A stretch of 10,470 bases of DNA from Deltaproteobacteria bacterium TL4 (GTDB lineage Bacteria; SAR324; NAC60-12), in assembly GCA_051382335.1 (NCBI GenBank), contig JBBCAX010000260.1:1-10470 (forward strand), given 5' to 3'. Shown here in pieces: positions 1 to 7,100 of this stretch. Within the stretch, counting starts at the first letter, position 1. The number at the start of each line of letters is the position of its first letter. The translations under genes and the position numbers were made by a program. The notes below the pieces were generated by a model. It saw only the letters and a program-made list of their open reading frames with translations. It was not told the origin of the DNA and searched no databases.

Positions 1-108
1 TTCGGCCATTTTGATGGTAGCCCTGGGTTTCGTCCCAGGGGATACCGCACACATTGTTCCTCGGGGCGAAACCCGAGGCTACCCCTGGCCGAAGTTAGAC
101 CCAAGCCC
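1..108. mobile_element. Possible TIR-bounded miniature element enclosing the family-1 REP doublet; left end probably cut off by the window edge
   Basis: TTCGGCCA (1-8) is the exact reverse complement of TGGCCGAA (86-93). The right arm continues GTTAGACCCAAGCCC to 108, so it begins GGGC/GGC when read inward, like the MITE at 675-906. The left arm and any TSD cannot be seen. Confidence 0.35.
16..83. repeat. Inverted doublet of GTAG-type REP palindromes (family 1)
   Basis: 16-42 reads GGTAG-CCCTGGG-TTTCGT-CCCAGGG-GA. The reverse complement of 58-83 reads GGTAG-CCTCGGG-TTTCGC-CCCGAGG-A. Each copy is GTAG plus a perfect 7-bp stem, and the two stems differ by compensatory changes. Confidence 0.85.
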
Positions 109-114
109 GATTTG

Positions 115-292
115 ACCAAAGCAAGCTTTGGCACTCCACAGTCTATAGACATGCATTTAAATAAATTCAGCATGTATATTTTGGATGACCCATTTAATCG
201 ACTCATGATTAGGAGTGTCAGAGCTTGCTTTGACCAGAAAAGCCAAAGCTTTTCTTTGAATTTTGCCAAAGCAAGCTTTGGTACGCCACAGT
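115..292. repeat. GGAGTG-type REP-like palindromes (family 2): three full copies and one degenerate copy
   Basis: Unit is GGAGT-GCCAAAGC-TT-GCTTTGGY. Copies are 115-137 (-), 212-234 (+, GGAGTGTCAGAGCTTGCTTTGAC), 265-287 (-) and a degenerate one at 242-258. 116-142 and 266-292 are direct repeats matching at 25/27 nt, 150 bp apart. Confidence 0.75.
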
Positions 293-327
293 AATTCCAA
301 TGAAATTATTTAAATGAACGTCTATAG
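143..327. mobile_element. MITE-like element with ~27-bp imperfect TIRs; possible TA target duplication (IS630/Tc1-like)
   Basis: 143-169 CTATAGACATGCATTTAAATAAATTCA matches the reverse complement of 301-327 (CTATAGACGTTCATTTAAATAATTTCA) at 24/27. TA lies at 144-145 and 325-326. The element encloses the family-2 doublet at 212-287. Confidence 0.6.
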
Positions 328-337
328 GTTAGACTCA

Positions 338-366
338 AATGAATTTATTAAAATGAACGTCTATAG
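338..366. repeat. Second, tandem copy of the right TIR of the 143-327 element
   Basis: AATGAATTTATTAAAATGAACGTCTATAG (338-366) versus AATGAAATTATTTAAATGAACGTCTATAG (299-327): 27/29 identical, 39-bp period. Confidence 0.8.
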
Positions 367-694
367 CTTGCAATAATACGGGAAATATTGACCCGTTGAA
401 GCTTTTTGACGCGCCCTTACTATGGCCTTCCATCAGTAAGATGTACTCTTTTCAGCCTCCGTTACAAGTCGTTTATGGACCTCAACTATCGTGATTCATG
501 AATTCATAATTTGAGGATAAGCCTCCAGGAGAACGTGGGCCGTTGAGCCTGTTTTATAAATACGCCCCAAAATCTCATAAAAATCTCAAGGTATTGCTTC
601 CATTTATTTACAAACACATGCTATAAGATCAGTAAAAGTGGGGTTCGTTACGCTAGTTGAGACATGAAACAAAGGGCTACCCACTTAACCTCCA

Positions 695-710
695 TGAGAC
701 AAGTCTCACA
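695..710. promoter_or_regulatory. Candidate CRP/FNR-family box inside the MITE
   Basis: TGAGA-CAAGTC-TCACA matches TGTGA-N6-TCACA at 9/10. It overlaps a TGAGAC-AA-GTCTCA hairpin, so it may be incidental. Confidence 0.25.
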
Positions 711-728
711 ACGAAGCATGAAAGTAAT

Positions 729-883
729 TGGTAGGCCGGGATTACATGCCCGGCAAAATGAGGGGCACGTAGTCCCCTTCTACCACTTTCTTACAAACCC
801 GGGACACCTCGATGGTAGGCCGGAACTACGTGTCCGGCAACCTCAACGATCAGAAAAGCGGGGCATGTAATCCCCGCCTACCA
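729..883. repeat. Four GTAG-type REP palindromes (family 3) forming two inverted doublets inside the MITE
   Basis: 729-754 (+) TGGTAG-GCCGGG-ATTACATG-CCCGGC; 760-785 (-) TGGTAG-AAGGGG-ACTACGTG-CCCCTC; 813-838 (+) TGGTAG-GCCGGA-ACTACGTG-TCCGGC; 858-883 (-) TGGTAG-GCGGGG-ATTACATG-CCCCGC. The stems covary and the loop is AYTACRTG. Confidence 0.9.
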
Positions 884-937
884 ATGTCCCGGTTAAGTGG
901 GTAGCCAAACAAAGAAATTTAAAACGAAACAGAGCCA

Positions 938-2281
938 ATGAAATTACAAACCAATTACTTAAAGAATACCATTCCTGAATTGGAAGATGAATTTGTTGAC
1001 GTCCTGCAAAAAATTCCGATTTTTGAAAAACTTCCGCAAGAATTACTTCACCATATTTTTGAATACTCCAAATTTATCAATCTCAAAGGTGACGAACGCC
1101 TGATTGAACAGGGGGAGTTTGATCAGGAGATTTTTATTCTGATTCATGGAAGTTTAAGTGTCTTGTTGAGAGAAGAAACAGGGAGAGAAGAATTAATCGA
1201 CATTCTACGGGACAGCTTTACTCTTTTAGGAGAGAGAAGTTTGTTGGGAGAACCCCGGGGCGCCTGTATTAAAGCCGATGGCAACGCTTTTTTACTGGGC
1301 ATTGATTTGTCTTCATTACCCGACATTCTGGGAGGCATAGAAGCCCCTGAAAGTCGCGAGCCTGACGAAGCTTATGAGCAGAGTTCACAAATGTATCTGG
1401 TGTTCTCTTTGGTTTTGACTCAGCGCTTGGGGCGTTTGGTTCGGGATCAGTACAAACTCAAACAGCGTTTACTCGGATTCCAGAAACGGCATCAGGTCTG
1501 GACTCATAATTTTTTACTGGCACGGATTTTTAACCAAATGTACGCGGATGAACTTCCACAGACCTTGGTTATTCGTGAAATCATCAAAAAAAGATTAAAG
1601 TCCTACAACCTTTTTTCCCCTGAAATTCGAGGAATCATGCTTTCCCCCCGGTTCAGTACCAAGAAGCTTTATATGGAACTGATGCGGATGGATACTTTGG
1701 ACAAAATTGATAATTTGACGGAGTTGATTCTCACCCTGGTTGAAGACATTACGGATTATTTAAAAAATCAATCGGAGTATAGCGGATTATTTGAAATCAA
1801 TTTATTGGAAATTCATGAAGAATTAAAGGGAATAGCACCGCTTTCAGACTATCTCAATGCCCTACATTCCGCGTTAGCACAATCCAGCGCACTCAGTAAA
1901 CCGCTTTCGAAAGCCCAGTTCCTTAAATACTTCACCCATGAGGATAAACTGAATCCGGTAACTTTTGTGCAGATGTTGAAGGCCGAAGGCTGGATCCCGA
2001 ATTATTTTTCGCTGGTTCATACTTTATTTTTGGTTTGTCAACAAGCCATCTATGCGGTCTCCCGAACCAATAACCACATTCGTGACTATATCAAGTTTTT
2101 ACATACCTACGATTCACCCCATCAGGACAAACGGGGCATTGAAGCGCAAAAAACAACACTCATTCAGCAGTTTCAAAATATGTTTCAACAACAGGAAACA
2201 GCGTTATCCGCCATTGAAGTTCCCCCCACCCCGTCTTTCAACAATAATGTGGATGATTTACTCAGCAGTTTAGGTCTGTAA
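938..2281 (+). CDS. Cyclic-nucleotide-binding domain protein (447 aa) with an uncharacterised helical C-terminal region and a CheZ-like C-terminal peptide
   Basis: Residues ~22-125 show cNMP-domain motifs: LQKIPIFEKL, LIEQGE, IFILIHGSLSV and the phosphate-binding cassette LLGERSLLGEPRGACIKA. No CRP-type HTH is recognisable. The protein ends PPTPSFNNNVDDLLSSLGL. Confidence 0.88.
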   Translation: MKLQTNYLKNTIPELEDEFVDVLQKIPIFEKLPQELLHHIFEYSKFINLKGDERLIEQGEFDQEIFILIHGSLSVLLREETGREELIDILRDSFTLLGERSLLGEPRGACIKADGNAFLLGIDLSSLPDILGGIEAPESREPDEAYEQSSQMYLVFSLVLTQRLGRLVRDQYKLKQRLLGFQKRHQVWTHNFLLARIFNQMYADELPQTLVIREIIKKRLKSYNLFSPEIRGIMLSPRFSTKKLYMELMRMDTLDKIDNLTELILTLVEDITDYLKNQSEYSGLFEINLLEIHEELKGIAPLSDYLNALHSALAQSSALSKPLSKAQFLKYFTHEDKLNPVTFVQMLKAEGWIPNYFSLVHTLFLVCQQAIYAVSRTNNHIRDYIKFLHTYDSPHQDKRGIEAQKTTLIQQFQNMFQQQETALSAIEVPPTPSFNNNVDDLLSSLGL

Positions 2282-2314
2282 GAATCGCCTCGAATTCGCT
2301 CTTGAGGAGGGACG

Positions 2315-2331
2315 GATTATTCCTAATAATC
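2315..2331. promoter_or_regulatory. AT-rich perfect 7-3-7 inverted repeat; candidate repressor operator upstream of the metal permease
   Basis: GATTATT-CCT-AATAATC lies ~95 bp upstream of the ATG at 2426. The regulator is unknown. Confidence 0.35.
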
Positions 2332-2335
2332 GACT

Positions 2336-2351
2336 TGTGACAGTCATCCCA
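2336..2351. promoter_or_regulatory. Candidate CRP/FNR-family (CRP/HcpR-like) binding site
   Basis: TGTGA-CAGTCA-TCCCA followed by TTT matches TGTGA-N6-TCACA at 9/10. It is intergenic, 75 bp upstream of the permease start. Confidence 0.4.
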
Positions 2352-2425
2352 TTTTGGTATCAAGCTCCGGAGAAAGCGTCTTGTCGCTGAATTCCCAAAA
2401 CAATAACTTTTTTTAGAGGGTTCTC

Positions 2426-3139
2426 ATGTCTTATGACTTATCGCTCCTGATAGTTTCTTCCGCCTCAATCGCCTTTTTTCACACCTTACTGGGACCGGAT
2501 CATTATATTCCGTTCATTGCCATGTCTCAGTCCGGAAAATGGTCTTTGCCTAAAACCATAAGGATCACGCTATTCTGCGGGCTCGGACATCTTTTAAGCT
2601 CAATACTATTGGGGGGAATTGGAATTGCGTTTGGAATTGCGGTGAATCAATTGCAAAGTTTGGAAGCTTGGCGTGGCAACATCGCAGCCTGGGCCCTCAT
2701 TGCCTTTGGTTTGGTTTACGCTGCGTGGGGAATGAAGCACGCCACGAAAAATAAAACGCATCAGCATATTCATGTTCATGAAAATGGGAATTCTCATGAG
2801 CATATCCACGTTCATCAACAAAAGCATGTCCATGTTCATCCTCAGGAGAGCACTCAAAACACAACACCGTGGGTCTTGTTTATTATCTTTATTCTGGGTC
2901 CTTGTGAACCTCTCATTCCTTTGATGATGTATCCTGCCGCTAAACACGATCTGCCAGGTTTGGTGCTGGTGGTCTCGATCTTCATGCTGATCACCATTCT
3001 GACCATGTTGAGTATTGTGCTCATCTCAACGTTCGGAATCAATCTGGCCCCCTCAAAAAACTTTGAGCGCTATAACCACGCCATTGCGGGCTCAACGATC
3101 TTCTTTTGCGGCATCGCCATTCAATTTCTAGGTTTATAA
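2426..3139 (+). CDS. His-rich nickel/cobalt permease, UreH/SodT-like (NiCoT-related, DsbD_2-type), ~6 TM
   Basis: N-terminal HTLLGPDH motif, GLGH in TM2, a central loop with 11 His (THQHIHVHENGNSHEHIHVHQQKHVHVH), a GPCEPLIP motif, a late HAIAG and about six hydrophobic segments. AGAGGG RBS upstream. Confidence 0.82.
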   Translation: MSYDLSLLIVSSASIAFFHTLLGPDHYIPFIAMSQSGKWSLPKTIRITLFCGLGHLLSSILLGGIGIAFGIAVNQLQSLEAWRGNIAAWALIAFGLVYAAWGMKHATKNKTHQHIHVHENGNSHEHIHVHQQKHVHVHPQESTQNTTPWVLFIIFILGPCEPLIPLMMYPAAKHDLPGLVLVVSIFMLITILTMLSIVLISTFGINLAPSKNFERYNHAIAGSTIFFCGIAIQFLGL

Positions 3140-3331
3140 AACGTCGTGGCACTACACAAGAGATAACGCTTTGGTGAAGCCCACTCCGATTGCTCTTTTA
3201 AAAACCTGTCCCTTCTTGAGCGATTCTGCCTTTACTCCCCTTTGTTTTTCTTATAAAGAACTTTAAACTACCTGTGTTTATCTGCGGTTCAAAAGTAACA
3301 ATACGATCACTCTAAAATTAAGGAATAGACG

Positions 3332-4090
3332 ATGGAAAACTCTAAAAAGGCTCTGATTACAGGAGCAAGCGAAGGCATTGGACGTGCCTTTTCCAAGAGA
3401 CTGGTACAAGAAGGCTACACGATCACTGCTGTCGCACGGAATGAAAGTCGGCTCAAGGAACTGATACAAGCCCAGCCTGGAAAGGGGCATACGTATTTAG
3501 TCGCCGATTTAGCGACAAAGGCAGGGGTCACTCGCGTCGCGACAGAATTGAAAAACACCCGGTATGACTTGTTGATCAATAATGCGGGTTTTAGTGTTTT
3601 GGGTGCTTTTTATAAATCTTCTTTGGAAGACCAACAGAAAGTCATGCAGGTCAACATGGAGGCACTTGTCGCGTTATCGCATGTGTTTCTGCAAACGGCT
3701 AAATCCGGGGATGCCTTGATTAACGTGTCTTCGGTGCTTGCGCTGATGCCCATGCCGATTCAAGGAGTTTATTCGGCGACAAAAGCGTTTGTGACCGCTT
3801 TCTCAGAATCTTTGTGGTATGAACATAAAGACCGTGGTGTTTACGTGATGGGACTGTGTCCTGGAACGACCAAGACCGAATTCTTTGAGAGAGCCGGCGG
3901 TTCCGCGGATCAGGAACCTCCTGAAACCATCACTCAAACGCCCGAAGAGGTAGTCGCTGTCGCCATGAAAGCCCTGAAAAAAAGGAAACGTCCGACTGTC
4001 GTTTCTGGTCCAATAAATGTGATGTTCACCGCTTTTCCACGATTTACTTCACGCAAATCGATCATTAAACTGATGGGAAAGATGAGATAA
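3332..4090 (+). CDS. Classical short-chain dehydrogenase/reductase (SDR, DltE-like), probably NADP(H)-dependent
   Basis: TGASEGIG Rossmann motif, VAR at the end of beta2 (basic residue favouring NADP), NNAG, NVSS, catalytic YSATK and CPG. AAGGA RBS upstream. Confidence 0.95.
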   Translation: MENSKKALITGASEGIGRAFSKRLVQEGYTITAVARNESRLKELIQAQPGKGHTYLVADLATKAGVTRVATELKNTRYDLLINNAGFSVLGAFYKSSLEDQQKVMQVNMEALVALSHVFLQTAKSGDALINVSSVLALMPMPIQGVYSATKAFVTAFSESLWYEHKDRGVYVMGLCPGTTKTEFFERAGGSADQEPPETITQTPEEVVAVAMKALKKRKRPTVVSGPINVMFTAFPRFTSRKSIIKLMGKMR

Positions 4091-4118
4091 CCTAAGAACG
4101 ATCCTTGAGGAGACAGCC

Positions 4119-7100
4119 ATGAAAACGATTCTTGACCGGTTGAAGTGGAGTTTCATCCTTCTGTTGCTTTTTCAGCCTCATGCAAGTGTAGCCTTCAACC
4201 CCATGCATTTGGAGCAATTACGTCAAACAGGTTCTTGTGAAGCGTGTGATCTGAGTGGCTTTGAATTCAGGAGAGCAGAGCTTCAAGGCGTTCAACTGAG
4301 GCGTACTGATTTAAGAAAGGCCCGGTTCACTCACGCAAACCTGGAAGGGGCTGATTTTGAAGGGGCCGACTTATCGGGAACGGAGTTAAAAGGGGCCAAC
4401 CTGAAACGGGCCAATCTGGCCCATACGAACCTCAATGGCGTAAACTTATCCGGCGCTAATTTGGAAGAGGCTCGTTTGAATGCAGCCTCTCTTAAAAAAA
4501 CGCTTCTTCATGCGGCAAATTTGCGATGGGCACAGTTAGAAAATGCCGATATGCAAGGGGCTGAACTGGAAGCTGCCGATATCCAAAACGCTAATTTTCA
4601 AGGAAGCAATCTCAGCAAAAGCAAATGGCGTGGACTCTCTACCTATCATGCCAATTTAAGCCATGTTAACTTTTCCGAGGCAACCCTCGTCGAAACTTCC
4701 TTTGAACGTGTCAACCTGAGCGAAACCGCTTGGTCTCACGCGGAAATACGGTGGTCTCATTTCGATCAGGTTGATTTGACAGGCAGCAATTTTTCCAAGG
4801 CGAGCATTAAATACTCGAGTTTGACGGACTCCCAATTGAATCAAACCCGTTTTAACAAAACACAAATGATTCGGGTGGATCTCGAAGGCAGTTCTTTAAT
4901 CAACGCCGATTTTGAAGAGGCAACACTTCAAAGAATCAACTTCAAAGGAACCACCCTCAGCCAGAGCAACTTTCAGCGGGCTTTAATCCAAAACTCGGCC
5001 TTTCAGGGAGCGATTTTGAAGCAAGCGAATTTTAAGGAGACTCGATTGGATGACTCTGATTTTCAAAGTGCGTTGCTCCCGCAAGCCAGTTTCCAAAAGG
5101 CGAGACTCTCCTGGATTAATTTGAGGAAGACGGATTTAAGAAAGGTTGATTTTTATCAGGCTCAATTAAAAAGTGTTCAGTTTCAAGGCTCTCGGTTGGA
5201 AGAGGCGAGATGGATTGATGGCGGAAACACCAACCAACTTCAAAAAGAGGTGTTTCTTCCGAGACTTCTTGAGCTCATGAAAGATGGAATTTCCCTCATC
5301 CTCACTCCCCTCTCAAGAGGTTTGATTGATGATCCCTTTCGCTTTTTGATGGGGGTGTTCTTTGTCATTGCGGGACTTTATCTGACTCGCGTCATCAGGC
5401 GGAGAAAATCCCAAAACACACTCCGACACATAGGATGGGTCATTGCGAGTATTGGCGTGACCCTCATCACAACCACTCCAACCGTGGGCCATCTTTTTGA
5501 ATTTCCTGTTATTTTTGAATTTTTAGGCATGGCTTCACTTTGTTTCATCTTTGGCAGTTGCTGCTCCTTGATTGACCAGGTTTTTGGAGCAACCTCTCAT
5601 CAAAAACTGCTCAAGGTGTGGTGGGTTTACCTGGGTGGGGTGGTCTTCTTTTTCATGCTCCTGCTCGTCTTTTCTTCGATTTATCCCCAAAGTCCCGTGA
5701 TCCAATACGGAATCGCTTTCCCCGGTCTCGTGCTCCTTGGTGTCATGAGTTTAATTTTCTTATTTGTGCCGATCAAAACGATTATTCAAGGCATCATTTC
5801 AGGGAACCCTGACGCGAGGATCTTGTTCTACTTTGCCTTGGTCGCGATCCTTCATAGTCTGCCTTTCATGCTGTCCCATTTTAATGTGATCTCATTCCCT
5901 CAATGGGTCAGTAACGTTGCCTTATTGGGGCTTGTTCTGTTTCTTTCTTCCTTTGGCGTCATTGCGCTTCGACGCTATATAGAAGTGCACCGACGTTTGG
6001 AATGCCACTCGATGGAGTTGGAAGAAAAAAATGATCAGTTAAACCACAAAAATGATGAACTGTCTCATGCCAATCGACTCAAAGATGAGTTTTTGGCCAA
6101 TACTTCTCATGAATTAAGAACTCCGCTGAATGGCATTATAGGTATAGGAGAGTCGATGATGGAAGGGGCAACAGGTCCCTTGACCGAAGTTCAAATTGTC
6201 AACCTTGCCATGATTACCGCAAGTGGACGAAGACTGACTCATTTGGTGAATGACCTCCTTGATTTCTCAAAATTAAAACACAGAAAAATTGAATTAAGCC
6301 TCAAACCTGTAGGCATACGAGAAGTCACCGAAGTGGTGATGCTGCTTTCAAAACCGCTGATTGGAACCAAAAATCTAAAACTGATTAATGCGGTTGGGTC
6401 TGAACTGCCGCCTGTAGACGCTGATGAAAACCGCTTGCAGCAAATCATGCAAAACATGATTGCCAATGCCATTAAATTCACGGATCAAGGCACCGTAACT
6501 GTATCCGCGGAAATCATAGAACCCTACTTAAAGATTGAAGTTACGGATACAGGGATTGGCATTCCTAAAGGTCAACTGAACCGGATTTTTGAATCCTTCG
6601 AACAAGGGGATGGTTCCACTTCCCGTAAATATGGAGGAACGGGGTTAGGACTCTCCATCACGAAACAATTGGTTGAGTTGCATGGCGGAAATATTCGTGT
6701 GATCTCCGAAGAAGGGCAAGGGTCAACCTTCTTGATAACGCTGCCTCTTTCCAAAGAACCCCTACACAAAGAAGGATGTGTCCTTGATACGATTCTTTCA
6801 AAACTTAAAGCCCTGCATCCAGCGAACTCTTTTGAGGATTCCTCAAAAAAGAAGGACCCCGCTCTCATAGAGGCACCACCTCAACTCACCCTCCAGACAG
6901 AATTACCCCCTGAACTCAAATCAACGCTAGTGCCCTCAACGGTACAAAGTCGCTTCCAGGGAAGTCTGGCTCTTCCGCAAGAGTCTTCAAAAAAAATCAA
7001 GATCCTGATTGTTGATGATGAACCTGTAAATCTGCAAGTGTTGATCAATTATCTCTCGCTGCACCATTATACGATTACTCAGGCCAATGACGGTTTGAAA

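Larger units (their letters stand above)
675..906. mobile_element. 232-bp non-autonomous MITE with perfect 16-bp TIRs and 8-bp TSD; probably IS1595-family-mobilised
   Basis: GGCTACCCACTTAACC (675-690) and GGTTAAGTGGGTAGCC (891-906) are exact reverse complements. AAACAAAG flanks both ends directly (667-674 and 907-914). GGC-initiated ends with 8-bp direct repeats are typical of IS1595-family elements; the family assignment is inference. Confidence 0.9.

Noticed and set aside
112..294. 60-aa ORF containing KASFGTPQ twice
   Set aside because: The repeated peptide is the translation of two family-2 REP copies. TTG start, no RBS, and it spans a MITE end.
480..516. Imperfect palindrome CCTCAA...ATTCATGAAT...TTGAGG
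   Set aside because: Several mismatches in AT-rich DNA, single copy, and no recognisable operator or terminator features.
594..629. Possible sigma70 promoter (TGCTATAAG) for the cNMP gene
   Set aside because: Only an extended -10-like match with no correctly spaced -35; too weak to call.
664..870. 68-aa ORF
   Set aside because: Lies almost entirely within the MITE and its REP palindromes, with no protein motif.
729..883. Possible CRISPR array
   Set aside because: Repeats alternate in orientation, have variable stems and irregular gaps (5, 27 and 19 bp), and no cas genes are present. They fit GTAG REPs.
938..2281. Calling the cNMP protein a CRP/FNR regulator or a true CheZ
   Set aside because: No C-terminal HTH is visible and it is too long for CRP. 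There is no convincing CheZ D-x-x-x-Q catalytic helix; only the terminal peptide matches.
2337..2363. NikR-like 7-N13-7 operator GTGACAG-N13-GTATCAA
   Set aside because: Half-sites are only 4/7 symmetric. The CRP-like and promoter readings explain the same bases at least as well.
4245..5222. Qnr/MfpA-type quinolone resistance or gyrase protection
   Set aside because: The repeat domain follows a signal peptide and precedes the TM bundle, so it is predicted to be outside the cytoplasm.
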